A stretch of DNA of 64,000 bases from Thermodesulfobacteriota bacterium (GCA_034189385.1 JAXHVD010000019.1:26181-90180), one strand, 5' to 3'; counted from the stretch's first letter, positions 8,749 to 19,401 are shown. Program-made: numbers and translations. Notes: generated by a model from the letters alone, not told the origin.

Positions 8749-10133
8749 TCCCCGTCATCTCCAAAGTTGCAGCCATTGTGGGCCAACCATATGTAAGCAC
8801 GGCAAACGAAGATTTGCTCTGCTACGCTTACGATGCCACGAACCGTCACCACCTGCCAGATGGAGTGGTCTTTCCGGGAAAGACGGAAGAGGTCTCGGCC
8901 ATCATGAAGGTGGTAAACGAAGCTGGTGTCTATGTGGTACCCAGAGGTGCCGGCACCGGGATGAGCGGGGGCGCCCTTGCCGTTCAAGGCGGATTGGTCA
9001 TGGTGATGACCCGGTTCAATCGCGTTCTTTCCGTAGATGTAGACAATCTTCTGGCCGAGGTGGAACCTGGAGTCATCACGGCCCATTTTCAGGAAGTCGT
9101 GGAAAGAAAAGGGCTATTCTACCCCCCTGATCCTGCCAGCGCCAAGTACAGCACACTCGGGGGAAACGTGGCTGAATGCGCTGGAGGTCCCCGGGCCGTA
9201 AAATATGGCGTAACCCGTGATTACGTTCTCGGCCTTGAGGTCGTTCTTCCATCGGGAGAGATCATCACCACCGGGGTGCATACGGCCAAAGGTGTGGTAG
9301 GATACGATCTGACCAGGCTGATAGCCGGCTCTGAAGGAACACTTGGGATCGTCACCAAGATCGTCCTTCGCTTGGTTCCGTTGCCCGAAGTGGTGCGCAC
9401 CTTAGGGGCTGTCTTTGGACGCATCCGGGATGCTGCAAGGACAGTCTCTGAAATTGTGCGCTCCGGTCTTATGCCTAGAACCTTGGAGTACATGGACCAA
9501 GCCGCTATCAGGTGCGTTGAAGACTACTTGAAGATTGGGCTCCCTGTGGACGCGGGGGCCATGCTCTTAGTGGAGGTGGACGGGAGTCCGCCAGCTACTG
9601 ATACGGCCCTTCAGCATCTTGCAACCATTTGCGAGAAAGGCGGGGGCCGCGAGATCAGAGTGGCCCATTCTGAACAGGAGGCCAAAGCCCTTTGGCGGGC
9701 CCGTGAGGCCATATCTCCGGCCCTTTTCCGTCTCGGACCCCACAAGATCAACGAAGACATTGTCGTGCCTCGGAACCGGATCCCAGACATGGTGGAATGG
9801 ATAGAGGATCTTAGGAAACGTACCGGCCTCACCATGGTGACCTTTGGCCATGCAGGCGACGGCAACATCCATTTCAACATTATGTTGGACAAGGGGGACA
9901 AGAAGGCGGTCAACAAGGCCGAGGCCGCGGTAGAAGAGCTTTTCAGGCATACTATTTCCCTGGGGGGAACCATCTCTGGAGAGCACGGGGTGGGGATCAC
10001 AAAGGCCCCTTACCTGGAGATGGAGCTTGGAGACCCGGAGATTGCCCTTATGAAGCGCATCAAGGCCGCCTTTGACCCCAAGGGCATCCTGAACCCAGGA
10101 AAGATATTTCCTCCTCCAGTGCCATTCCATTGA
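8745..10133 (+). CDS. glcD: FAD-linked 2-hydroxyacid oxidoreductase, GlcD family
   Basis: PRGAGTGMSGG, YPPDPAS, TLGGNVAECAGG..VKYGVT, GSEGTLG, GHAGDGNIH, GEHGVG, DPKGILNPGK; overlaps the dnaA stop (TTGA). Confidence 0.88.
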   Translation: MIPVISKVAAIVGQPYVSTANEDLLCYAYDATNRHHLPDGVVFPGKTEEVSAIMKVVNEAGVYVVPRGAGTGMSGGALAVQGGLVMVMTRFNRVLSVDVDNLLAEVEPGVITAHFQEVVERKGLFYPPDPASAKYSTLGGNVAECAGGPRAVKYGVTRDYVLGLEVVLPSGEIITTGVHTAKGVVGYDLTRLIAGSEGTLGIVTKIVLRLVPLPEVVRTLGAVFGRIRDAARTVSEIVRSGLMPRTLEYMDQAAIRCVEDYLKIGLPVDAGAMLLVEVDGSPPATDTALQHLATICEKGGGREIRVAHSEQEAKALWRAREAISPALFRLGPHKINEDIVVPRNRIPDMVEWIEDLRKRTGLTMVTFGHAGDGNIHFNIMLDKGDKKAVNKAEAAVEELFRHTISLGGTISGEHGVGITKAPYLEMELGDPEIALMKRIKAAFDPKGILNPGKIFPPPVPFH

Positions 10134-10330
10134 CAGAGCTGAAGTCAGAATCCCTGCCATCAACCAGACAGGCGATCCCTGTTGCCGGTTCCTCAGGGTG
10201 TGGTGGCAGAAGCAATCGGAAAGGCCCCTATAGGTGAGTCTTCTGAGCCTGCCTACATCTGTTGACACAGACTGAATTATTTGACAGATTGAGCCACCAA
10301 CTGAAGCCCTGTGAGAAGAAAGGTAGATTC

Positions 10331-10843
10331 ATGATGAACTGGATCAAGGTCGTCCTTTTGGGTCTGCCACTGTGCTTCTGCTCCTGCCTTACCACTAGTG
10401 ATATCAAGAGTAGCCTCAATACCTTTGCCTTGCCCCGACCTACGAAGCCGGTCCGCTATTCAGGCGTAGCAAATATGAAACTGTATTCGAAGCCCAATTG
10501 CGAGAGCAGCTTTTTGGAGAAATTGCCGTTAAACGAAAAACTACTCCTTTTAAAGACCAGGCTCACATGGGCCTTTGTAGAAGTCACCAGGACAGGTGCC
10601 ACCGGGTGGGTTGAGAAGGCGTACCTGGAGAAAAACCCTCTGGCCGTGAAGACAGGCCCAAAGGCGAACATAGACAGACCACAGCGTGAAGCTGCCTCCA
10701 AGGCCACTGAAAAGAGAAGTGAGGAAACGACCAGAAAAAATGTGCTCGACGTCCTTCAGCCCGACGGAGCCACTGCGGCCCCTGTGGAAGAGCCACCGCC
10801 GGCCAAGGCCCGAAAAGGGGCTGACGCATTTGATGCCTTCTAG
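10331..10843 (+). CDS. Putative lipoprotein with bacterial SH3-like domain
   Basis: Signal peptide ending CFCSC; SH3b-like segment WAFVEVTRTGATGWVEKAYL; low-complexity tail. Confidence 0.7.
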   Translation: MMNWIKVVLLGLPLCFCSCLTTSDIKSSLNTFALPRPTKPVRYSGVANMKLYSKPNCESSFLEKLPLNEKLLLLKTRLTWAFVEVTRTGATGWVEKAYLEKNPLAVKTGPKANIDRPQREAASKATEKRSEETTRKNVLDVLQPDGATAAPVEEPPPAKARKGADAFDAF

Positions 10844-10902
10844 CGGGTGTTTCTGTCTGCCACGCCATTTTCGGTTCTTGTTGTGACCGCTATGACAAGC
10901 CA

Positions 10903-12708
10903 GTGACTGACAAAGAGAGCCAATCAAAATTTGAGAAACTCCAGGAAAAGGGCCGCGCCTTTGCCGCAAAGCGGGCTCAGGATGCCAGGGCTCTTGCCGC
11001 AAAGGGGACACAGGAGGCCAAGGAATTTTATGCCAGATCCAAGGAAGCGGTCATTGACGGCGTTTGTGAACTGTTGTCTATTTCAGACAAGAGAAAAAAG
11101 GCCATCGCCGATGACATCGCACGAGGCTCGACCCCCCATACCAGTTATTACATCTTGATGTCTGTTTCGGCCCTGATTGCCAGCTTCGGCCTGGTAGCGA
11201 ACAGCCCCGCTGTTGTTATTGGAGCCATGCTGGTATCCCCGCTCATGACCCCGATTTTTGGTGTTTCTCTCGGTCTGGTCCGAGGGGACATGTCTCTTTT
11301 AAAAAAGGCCCTGCAAGCCGAGGTCGGGGGTGTGGCTCTGGCCATTGGGGTGGCGACCTTCTTTGGCCTCTTGCCCCTGTCTTTGGAAGTCACTTCGGAG
11401 ATGCTGGCTCGTACTAGTCCCACCTTGTTGGATCTCCTGGTGGCTGCCTTGGCCGGTTTGGCAGGTTGCCTTGCCATGATTGATGAAAGAATCAGCCCTG
11501 TTCTTCCCGGCATCGCCATTTCGATTTCCCTGCTACCACCCCTTTCCACCTGCGGCCTCTGCCTTGCCGTGGGGGCTTCCCAAGGGGCCTATGGCGCTTT
11601 TCTCCTGTTCTTTGCCAATTTTTTGGCTATTCTCATGGTGGCCTCGGGCATCTTCATTGTCTCAGGCTTCGTCACCAGGGAGCAAATAGGGCCGAAGTGG
11701 GTCTTTTTGAAGCGGTTTTCAGCCGCCTTTGTGGCCCTTTTGCTGGTGACCGTCCTTCTGACGCAAGCCCTTATCACTATTACGAAAGAGCGAAGGATAT
11801 CAAGAAGAATAGAAGAGGTCTTTGAAGAAGAGCTAAGCTCCATCCCGGCCACTTCAGTAGAGCAGATCATCCACAGGACAGGGGAAGACAAAATAGATGT
11901 GCTGGCTACCCTTAGAACTCCGAAGGTCTTTTCTCCCGACAGGGTCAAAAGGATTGAAGACAAGCTGAATGAACGTATCGACCCAGACACCAATCTTATC
12001 GTCCGGTGCGGCATCGCCAGAGACGTTTCCTCTACCGGTTCCACCAGTGCTGTGGTCACCGAGGACCTGAACGGAGAGTTCATCACCGCCCGATTAGATC
12101 CTGTGGTAGAAACGGTTCAGATGGCTGAGCAGGCGTTAAGAGAGATGTTGGCTGGGCATCCCGAGCTCTTCTTGGAGAACGTGGACCTTGTTGAGCTTGC
12201 AGCAGGGCAGGTCATCTTGGCCAGTATCCAGAGTAGCAGAGCCCTTATTGCCCATGAGGTTGAAGCATTTGAAGATAGAATTCAAGAAAGGTTGGACAAC
12301 CATGATATTCGACTGCTGGTTCGCTGCAATGACCTAGTTGATGTAACCAGCAAAGGCCACGTCCTTTACGGAAAGGCCCATTTCGGCAAACTCTCGCCAA
12401 GTGAGTTGAATCTACAAAAGATGATTGAGAAAAGGACAAAGGAGCAGATTGAAGGTGCGGCAAATATGTTTGCTACCAATGTCGACGCCATATTAAAGGA
12501 TGGGCAATGGTCTGTAAGGGCAGAGGTGGTGGGGCCAAAAATGATGACGCCTGAACAGGTGAGACAGATCGAAAGGGACGTGTCAAGAATCGTTCGACAT
12601 CAGGTAAACATCTATGTTTGGTGCCGTTCCGAGCTTATGGTTACGAAAGAAGCGTATTCATCAGTGAAAGATTTTACCAAGGAGATGATGGAAAAGAAGA
12701 AAAAATAG
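10903..12708 (+). CDS. DUF389/TIGR00341-family membrane protein with long C-terminal extension
   Basis: IASFGLVANSPAVVIGAMLVSPLMTPI, EMLARTSPTLLDL, LPGIAISISLLPPL motifs. Confidence 0.88.
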   Translation: MTDKESQSKFEKLQEKGRAFAAKRAQDARALAAKGTQEAKEFYARSKEAVIDGVCELLSISDKRKKAIADDIARGSTPHTSYYILMSVSALIASFGLVANSPAVVIGAMLVSPLMTPIFGVSLGLVRGDMSLLKKALQAEVGGVALAIGVATFFGLLPLSLEVTSEMLARTSPTLLDLLVAALAGLAGCLAMIDERISPVLPGIAISISLLPPLSTCGLCLAVGASQGAYGAFLLFFANFLAILMVASGIFIVSGFVTREQIGPKWVFLKRFSAAFVALLLVTVLLTQALITITKERRISRRIEEVFEEELSSIPATSVEQIIHRTGEDKIDVLATLRTPKVFSPDRVKRIEDKLNERIDPDTNLIVRCGIARDVSSTGSTSAVVTEDLNGEFITARLDPVVETVQMAEQALREMLAGHPELFLENVDLVELAAGQVILASIQSSRALIAHEVEAFEDRIQERLDNHDIRLLVRCNDLVDVTSKGHVLYGKAHFGKLSPSELNLQKMIEKRTKEQIEGAANMFATNVDAILKDGQWSVRAEVVGPKMMTPEQVRQIERDVSRIVRHQVNIYVWCRSELMVTKEAYSSVKDFTKEMMEKKKK

Positions 12709-12821
12709 CATGGGGGCAGACAATGTTTCTATCGGCCCCTGTTATCACATCTCTGATGATCGCTTTTGAGACAATCCTGTGCCCGGACCTTGGCCGGGCA
12801 CAGGTTCCATGTGGTTCGCAG

Positions 12822-13265
12822 TTAGCTTTTTACCTCGATTTTCTTAAGCTTAGCCTTTTTAGACTTGGGGAGCGTGAGCTTCAGCACGCCGTCCTTATAA
12901 GTGGCATCCACTTTGTCGGTTTCAACGTCAAAGGGAAGTCCGATGCTCCTTGAAAAGGCGCCATAGCTTCTTTCTGTTCGGTGGTAGTTTTCCGCCTTTT
13001 CTTCCTTTTCGTGCCTTTTCTCCCCCCTGATGGTGAGTAGACCGTCTGTGAGATGGATGTCCATATCTTCCTTGTCCATCCCGGGAATCTCACCTCTTAC
13101 GATGAGCTCATTTTCGGTTTCAGATATGTCAAAGGCGGGAGTAAATCCCCCTTCTTCTGTGAAAAGGCCTGGCATTGCGAAATCCTCGAAAAAGCTGTTC
13201 AGGAAATGGCGGCTAGGGGGGCTATACCATCTTCTTCGTCTTAGTATTGGTGTTAAAGCCGTCAT
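12822..13265 (-). CDS. Hsp20/alpha-crystallin small heat-shock protein
   Basis: PAFDISETENE..EIPGM..LTIRGEK..ERSYGAFSRSI.LP..ATYKDGVLKLTLPK; GGAGG 8 nt upstream of ATG 13265. Confidence 0.95.
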   Translation of the reverse strand: MTALTPILRRRRWYSPPSRHFLNSFFEDFAMPGLFTEEGGFTPAFDISETENELIVRGEIPGMDKEDMDIHLTDGLLTIRGEKRHEKEEKAENYHRTERSYGAFSRSIGLPFDVETDKVDATYKDGVLKLTLPKSKKAKLKKIEVKS

Positions 13266-13613
13266 ATTTGACACCTCCCCTGCATATTATTTCAGGCTAT
13301 CACTCACCTGATCCTACCTAAAATTTAATTCCTTTATGCGGACGGTCAAGGGGGGTAATGACATTTTTTTATGCCCCTTTCCTTTTGTCTGAGACATTTG
13401 TTGCTGCGTGCGCAACCGTTTGTCTAACCTCAATTTAGTGGCTTGCTACAAGAATTTGACAAGCATGGCGGTTTCCATTAGGTATGTGTTCCAGAGAACA
13501 TCATCATTGCGCTTGTGAGCATGTCATGGTGTGCTCCTTGTTCCGAAGTTGGCGCCAGAGATGTCTTCCAATGGCAATCATGCACAATCATAGGCCGACA
13601 GGGAATAGAGATC

Positions 13614-14888
13614 ATGGCCCCTGAGTCTTTGAAAAAGCCCCTGCGTTACCGATGGCTCATCTTCTGGGTCCTGGCCCTGAGTTATATACTCGTCTATTTT
13701 CACCGTCTCTGCCCGGCCGTGGTGGCCGTTGACATGATGTCCGATCTCAAGGCGGGAGGGGCTCTGCTCGGGCTGCTAGGATCTGCCTACTTCTATCCCT
13801 ATGCGCTTATGCAGCTACCTGCAGGCCTCCTTTCAGATTCCTGGGGACCTCGTAAGACCATTACCCTCTTTTTCACAGTCGCCTTTGCGGGTTCTATGCT
13901 GCTGGGCTTGGCTCCCTCGCTGTTTTGGGCCATCATTGGGCGCACGCTCGTGGGCCTCGGTGTCTCTATGCTCTTCGTCCCCACGATGAAGGTTCTAGCA
14001 GAGTGGTTTCGTGTCAAGGAGTTTGCCACCATGACAGCTATTCTCATGGCCATGGGGGGGGTTGGCTCCCTCAGTGCGGCTGCGCCCTTGGCCCTGCTCA
14101 GCACCTCTATTGGCTGGCGTTTTTCCTTTGTTGCCGTGGGGGTGATGACGTTACTCCTCGCAATCCTGGTATGGCTTCTTGTGCGGGATCGGCCTGCTGA
14201 TTTGGGCTGGCCCTCGCCTTCCGAGCCCGCAGGACCCAGTGCGCCTTCAGTTGCGCTTCTAGAGGGAATGAAAAAGGTCCTCACCTACCCGAGATTCTGG
14301 CCCATTGCCATCTGGTTCTTTTTTGACTGTGCGGTCTTCTTCTCTTTTGGCGGGCTTTGGGGAGGACCCTATCTCATGCAGGTCTACGGGTTCACAAAGG
14401 CAGAGGCAGGCCAGATCCTTTCGATGCTCGCTGTTGGCATGATTGTGGGAAGTCCCATCCTCAGCTTTTTGTCCAATCGCATCTTCCAAGGACGAAAGCC
14501 GGTACTTATCCTTTCTAGCTCTGTCCTGCTATGCCTTACGGCGCTGTTGGCCTTTTACACGGAAGAGATTCCCCTTGCAGGCCTGTACCTCGTCTGCCTG
14601 GGTCTTGGTATCTTCTCAAGTGCTGTGGTGGTGATCGGCTTTACCACCACCAAAGAACTCTTCCCAGTTCAGATAGCAGGGACATCCACCGGCCTGGTAA
14701 ACCTCTTTCCTTTTGCCGGGGGCGCTGTTTTTCAACCCCTGATCGGATATGTGTTGGAGCGCCAGGGCCGTGTAGAGGATGCCTTTGCTTTGGCAGGCTA
14801 CAAGCAGGCCTTCTTTGTCCTTTTCATCTGTGGCCTCATTTCCTTTGCTGCCACGCTGTGCCTCAAGGAGACATTGTCCAAGAAGTGA
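13614..14888 (+). CDS. MFS transporter
   Basis: About 12 hydrophobic segments; motif A-like GLLSDSWGPRK; start at ATG 13614. Confidence 0.92.
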   Translation: MAPESLKKPLRYRWLIFWVLALSYILVYFHRLCPAVVAVDMMSDLKAGGALLGLLGSAYFYPYALMQLPAGLLSDSWGPRKTITLFFTVAFAGSMLLGLAPSLFWAIIGRTLVGLGVSMLFVPTMKVLAEWFRVKEFATMTAILMAMGGVGSLSAAAPLALLSTSIGWRFSFVAVGVMTLLLAILVWLLVRDRPADLGWPSPSEPAGPSAPSVALLEGMKKVLTYPRFWPIAIWFFFDCAVFFSFGGLWGGPYLMQVYGFTKAEAGQILSMLAVGMIVGSPILSFLSNRIFQGRKPVLILSSSVLLCLTALLAFYTEEIPLAGLYLVCLGLGIFSSAVVVIGFTTTKELFPVQIAGTSTGLVNLFPFAGGAVFQPLIGYVLERQGRVEDAFALAGYKQAFFVLFICGLISFAATLCLKETLSKK

Positions 14889-15015
14889 GGTTGAGCGCCT
14901 AGCATGGAGCATCAGGTTTCAATGAATCAAGGGACTGGGGGGCACTGAAATCCTTCAACCGCTGACTGCCTGTGTGGCAGGGAGTCCAGTGTCACGGGAG
15001 CAAGAGATCCCATCC

Positions 15016-15618
15016 ATGGTGCACCACAATAGGAAGCAAAAGTCGAAACTGAGGCAAAAACGCCGGAGGGCGGTGCGCTTTCCAACTGTGGGCATCGAAC
15101 TACTCTTCTGCCCCGTTGAAGGCAAATGCCTGGACCATGTGGGAAGATATCTGATGGAAGCTGCCGGCGTGGATATGAGTCTATCTGGAATAGCCTTTGA
15201 TGTTGATCGCCCCCTGCGGCCGGGGCAGAAACTCCTAGTGATTGTGGAATCGCCCGCGGGCCGGGCTGGCGAAAAGCTAGTTACTGAGGTGCGTTGGTGC
15301 AACGCGTTGCCTGACGGCAGTTACAGGGTCGGCACGGCCATACAGGAGGCACAACCACTGGATGACCTGGGAGAAAAACTGAACATCAAGCCGGAACCCA
15401 TTAGTGCAGGGCCGGAATTCCCGTCTGAAGTGGAGTTCTTCTGCCCCTCCTGTCATAAGAAGGCAACCTTCCACTTCCTGGGGGTGCAACCGGGAACATG
15501 GCCAAAGGGGATGCTTCCGCTCTATGACTGCTCCTGCTGTAACTCCACTCTCACGATCACATCAATTCTAAGATACAACCGTCAGCTCAAATTTGGTCAG
15601 AACCTTGGCAATTCGTAA
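15016..15618 (+). CDS. PilZ-domain protein with C-terminal Cys-rich (Zn-ribbon-like) domain
   Basis: RRAVR (RxxxR) and DMSLSG (DxSxxG) PilZ motifs; C-terminal CPSC...CSCC. Confidence 0.75.
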   Translation: MVHHNRKQKSKLRQKRRRAVRFPTVGIELLFCPVEGKCLDHVGRYLMEAAGVDMSLSGIAFDVDRPLRPGQKLLVIVESPAGRAGEKLVTEVRWCNALPDGSYRVGTAIQEAQPLDDLGEKLNIKPEPISAGPEFPSEVEFFCPSCHKKATFHFLGVQPGTWPKGMLPLYDCSCCNSTLTITSILRYNRQLKFGQNLGNS

Positions 15619-15636
15619 ATGGGCAAGAGGTTAAGG

Positions 15637-15951
15637 TCAACAGGCACAGGAACAGCTGCCACACGAATCTGGCCGTTGCATTGCTGAGGAAATGGAAAAC
15701 CCAGAACCCATGGGCGATTCAACATAATCCACTTTTACTGGGTTTATCCGTTCAAACAACCCCTTTTCAATCACATAGGTAAGTCCCTCTACGTCAAATA
15801 TGGCGTCTTCATCTCGTGACTCATCCAGAGCCATTCCCAGTGCAGGTCCCGATCATCCGCCTCTGAGCATGATACGGATAGGTGATATCTCTTCTCTGTC
15901 TCTCAATGCCTCTTTGATCATATCACTGGCTTTTTGTGTCACCTCAAACAT
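15637..15951 (-). CDS. HesB/IscA-like selenoprotein (Sec at in-frame UGA 15855-15853)
   Basis: ATG 15951 after GAGGAGG gives MFEVTQKASDMIKEALRDREEISPIRIMLRGG-U-SGPALGMALDESRDED...SCGSCSC. GG-U-xGP is the HesB-like selenoprotein motif, and a SECIS-like hairpin follows. Confidence 0.92.
15817..15833 (-). other. SECIS-like stem-loop of the HesB-like selenoprotein
   Basis: UGGCUC-UGGAU-GAGUCA; loop starts 25 nt after the UGA with G in the second loop position. Confidence 0.65.
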
Positions 15952-16123
15952 GCAACGAACCTCCTCATTCATGCTGACTTTATGTTCCTTGGGTTTGTAA
16001 ACATTATGCAGTTAGGCCCATTTGTCAACCAAAGAAAAGCCCTTTTCCCTGCCTCCCCTCGTCTGGGTGGCCACATTTCAGGGTAATGAAAAACACCAGC
16101 CTTCCCCTGGGTGTTAGCCATGA

Positions 16124-19066
16124 TCATTTGAGATTTAGGTCCACACGGCTGTCCCGCAAGTTTTCTTGCTTGCCTGGAGCAAGAGACTTGGCTTCCACCA
16201 GGAAAACCCTTCCCGGATCAACCTTTCCAGATCCCAGGATATAGTCTTTCACTTGCTGTGCGCGCTTGAGGGCGAGTAACCTGAGATCGTTATCTGAGAC
16301 CTCAACATGTTGCAGAATCAGTCTCTCCATCTCGGGCACCGGCAACCGCTTGGTAAGGCCCACAGGATTTTTAGGCTTCTCAAATTTTTCAGCCTTGTAC
16401 ACTTTTTTGAGATATTTTTCGTACTCATCAGCCTCTATCGTGATCTCGTCTACGGAGAGATGTGCCGTGCCTTTCTTCACCAGTCTCTTCAGTTTCACGG
16501 CCTTCAGTTTCTTCTTGAATAAATACTGCCGCAGTCCCTCCCTGTCCTTTTCAACGTCAACGTGCCCTTCAATGTCCATTTTCAGAGAAGGTCTCTCATA
16601 GAGCACCTCTATGATGGTATCCAGCTTCTTCTGAGTCTGTTCGGTCAGAGGATAGGTGCCGTAGTCAAACTCCAGGGCATTGCATTGTTCTCCCACTGGA
16701 AGCATGGCCCCCAGTAGCGAAAATGGGGAGGTAGCGGCCTTTGTAAGAAGATTCGTAAGCACTTGGACAATGACCCTGCCGAGGCTAAACTCAGGGTCAT
16801 CGGTACGACCAGAGACAGGCAGATCTAAATGGATCTCTCCGTTTCTGTCCTTGAGCAGAGCAACTGCCAGTCCTACGGGGAGATTGACTGCGTCAGGGCT
16901 CTCCACCCTCTTTCCAAAGGTAAGCTGATCAATAAATACACGGTTTTCAGAATCAAGCTTCCTTTCTTTAATCAGGTATTCTAGATCAAGAAAGAGCTTG
17001 CCCTTTTCGAGGGTCTGGCCCACAAATTTCCCGGCATAAGGGCTCATGGGGCTGAGATCTATGTCCTTGAGAGAAATCACAAGGTCTACCAGGAGATCCT
17101 TTGTCAGGGGGTTAATCTTGCCACGGATCTCAAGGGGCGCGTGGTCGTCCAACTTGCCGTCCACAAGGACCTCGGCAGTTGTCGTTTCCTCAGAAGAGAT
17201 GCCGGATATGGTACCCTTAATCTCCACCAGGTCCGATGAGTAATGGGGCTCAATCTGTCTGTCCAAGAAACGAATGTGCCCACCGTCAAGAGTGATGCTT
17301 TCCACGGAAACGGGTATCACGGCTTCTTCTTTCTTGGCAGCAGGCGGCGTCTCTTCAACCACCTTTTCCTTCTCTTTCGTGACGGTCTGAATATTTGTTT
17401 TCCCCTCAGGGTCTACGATGATCCAACTATAGAAATCGGTTAGGGAAAGTTCCTTGATACGGATGTGGGTAGGATTGTAGCCGAGGTCTATGTCACGAAC
17501 ATCCAGAGAGCCCCACTTTAGGAAATCGTCGGCATGGAGCTTGTCCACGGAGTTGAGGCCAGACAAAGCAGCCTTCCCCAAATACCTCACGCCAAGTCCC
17601 TTGTGCGAAGACTGGGACAAAGCCAGTTTGCCGGCCGTGGAAAAGGTGCCATTCGTTACCATGATCTTTACTTGATCCGTGAAATAGGGCTCCAGCCATC
17701 GCACCTCCACGCCTTCCAGAGTCAGGTCCACATCGGCAGAAAATGGAGTAATCCCGACGACTGCTTCAGCAGACAAGGGGCCCTTTCCGTTCAACTGACA
17801 GGCAAGGTGGGCTTTGCCCCTGGTGTCTTTAACTGTAGAGATGGCTTGTGCCGTGACATCCATGTCGTCGACCCTGAGTGTGACCGGAGCCCCTGTTTCG
17901 GAGGACGAGCCAACAGAAAAATCCGAAAAGATGAAGCTCCCGTCACGCACCCCTATGTCGTCCACGGTAACAGTGGGTGGAGTGGCAGGCCCTTGTGAAG
18001 AGGGAGGTTCTTTCTCCTCTTCGCGCACGGGAATGATCGACTGGATGCTTAATTCCCCTAACGCATCGCGTGTGCACTGAACTTCAGGCGAATCGAGCAG
18101 GATCTTGGACAGGTGGAACTCTTTGGACATAAGGTCTGAGGAGGCGATGGAGATGTGAAGCAGGGGGAAGGAGAGCAGTGGACGTTCCTCAGCGTCTACG
18201 ATCTCTACGGTTTTCAGAGAGATGTCTCCCGTGACTGAAAGGGACGGCGGTCCGTCAATCTGCTGCATGTAAGAGAGCGCGGCGCTTGTGTTAAGATGCC
18301 CCGTGAGAACCTTTGCCTGCCAGCCAAGGGGCACATAGGCAAGATAGTATGGAATATCGATATCGTCCAAAGTGATCTCTAGAATCGTTTCTGCGGAATC
18401 AGCAAAGGGCTTTGTCTGCCCCTTAAAGGAGACAGGCCGTTCATTGATTTTTGCCGAAAAGGAAGGTTCCACAAACGTGTCTACGTGATAGGGCAGATTA
18501 GATATGAACGGAACGGTGACATTGAGGTCAGTGACTTGGTGATCCCTGTTTTTGGGCACGTCAAGGAAATGGATACGGCCGCTCAACAACTGGATGTTGT
18601 TCAAGGAAAACTTGACAGGCCTTGATTCTGGTTCAGGGGCCTGTGGTTCTGATGGTTTTTCTTTTATCAGATCAGAGAAATTGTACTGTCCTTCTGAGTC
18701 ACGGACAATATTTACATTAAGCCCGTTGAGCCTGAGTTCTCTGATGATGGGGGCTCTTTTGAACAGGGACATGATCTGAACGTTGGTGTACAACCGATCA
18801 AAAGACACAAAAGTCTCCGAACCTTCAGGCTCCTTTATTACAAATCCTTGCACAGTCGACGAGAGGACGTAGGGGTTCACATCTACGTCTTCAATGGTCA
18901 CGTGACGATGCAGCTGTTCTGTGAGTTTTTTTTCCAACAGCCATTTGAAAAGGCTGGGAAGGACGAGAAAGCCGACTATGGTGTAAAGAAAGAGGCAGAT
19001 CCCTATCCCTATCAGCCATTTGTTCAGCAGACCGGTGGTCCTCATCTTCTGGAACCGTGACATCAT
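16124..19066 (-). CDS. DUF748-repeat (AsmA-like) envelope protein with C-terminal OmpA-like domain
   Basis: N-terminal TM anchor (YTIVGFLVLP), repeated beta-rich modules, LPVGLAVALLKDRNGEIHLDLPVSG, C-terminal LALKRAQQVKDY..RVDL. Confidence 0.85.
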   Translation of the reverse strand: MMSRFQKMRTTGLLNKWLIGIGICLFLYTIVGFLVLPSLFKWLLEKKLTEQLHRHVTIEDVDVNPYVLSSTVQGFVIKEPEGSETFVSFDRLYTNVQIMSLFKRAPIIRELRLNGLNVNIVRDSEGQYNFSDLIKEKPSEPQAPEPESRPVKFSLNNIQLLSGRIHFLDVPKNRDHQVTDLNVTVPFISNLPYHVDTFVEPSFSAKINERPVSFKGQTKPFADSAETILEITLDDIDIPYYLAYVPLGWQAKVLTGHLNTSAALSYMQQIDGPPSLSVTGDISLKTVEIVDAEERPLLSFPLLHISIASSDLMSKEFHLSKILLDSPEVQCTRDALGELSIQSIIPVREEEKEPPSSQGPATPPTVTVDDIGVRDGSFIFSDFSVGSSSETGAPVTLRVDDMDVTAQAISTVKDTRGKAHLACQLNGKGPLSAEAVVGITPFSADVDLTLEGVEVRWLEPYFTDQVKIMVTNGTFSTAGKLALSQSSHKGLGVRYLGKAALSGLNSVDKLHADDFLKWGSLDVRDIDLGYNPTHIRIKELSLTDFYSWIIVDPEGKTNIQTVTKEKEKVVEETPPAAKKEEAVIPVSVESITLDGGHIRFLDRQIEPHYSSDLVEIKGTISGISSEETTTAEVLVDGKLDDHAPLEIRGKINPLTKDLLVDLVISLKDIDLSPMSPYAGKFVGQTLEKGKLFLDLEYLIKERKLDSENRVFIDQLTFGKRVESPDAVNLPVGLAVALLKDRNGEIHLDLPVSGRTDDPEFSLGRVIVQVLTNLLTKAATSPFSLLGAMLPVGEQCNALEFDYGTYPLTEQTQKKLDTIIEVLYERPSLKMDIEGHVDVEKDREGLRQYLFKKKLKAVKLKRLVKKGTAHLSVDEITIEADEYEKYLKKVYKAEKFEKPKNPVGLTKRLPVPEMERLILQHVEVSDNDLRLLALKRAQQVKDYILGSGKVDPGRVFLVEAKSLAPGKQENLRDSRVDLNLK

Positions 19067-19401
19067 CTAGCTCTCCCGCCTGTCCATAGGCGTCTGTCCA
19101 AAGCTTCAGGTGTGAAGATCCATTGGAAAGGTAAAGTACCACGACATAGCCTTTTGAGTCAAGGATATGAAGCAGTTAGATCGACTTGGAGGAAGTAAAG
19201 TGGCCTCGTGCGGTTTTCGTTCTGCAAAGGCAGGCCCCTTCAACTCACTATACAAATTGACACTGGCCCTCGGACTATGCGATCCTATTCACACCATCTT
19301 CAAGGGTGGCAATAAAAGGGGGGGCCTTTTTGCCACCCCCCTGGCCAAAGGCTCACGCAGAAGAAGCGGTCAGGGGTTGAGTCTAAATGGAGGGAGGTAT
19401 C

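Noticed and set aside
15631..15639. Second Sec at the HesB-like protein's terminal TGA (CAC-TGA-CCT-TAA)
   Set aside because: No SECIS-like hairpin downstream; treated as the true stop.
19304..19342. Hairpin GGGTGGCAA...TTGCCACCC upstream of the DVU0772-family gene as a riboswitch
   Set aside because: A single hairpin with no recognisable aptamer consensus.
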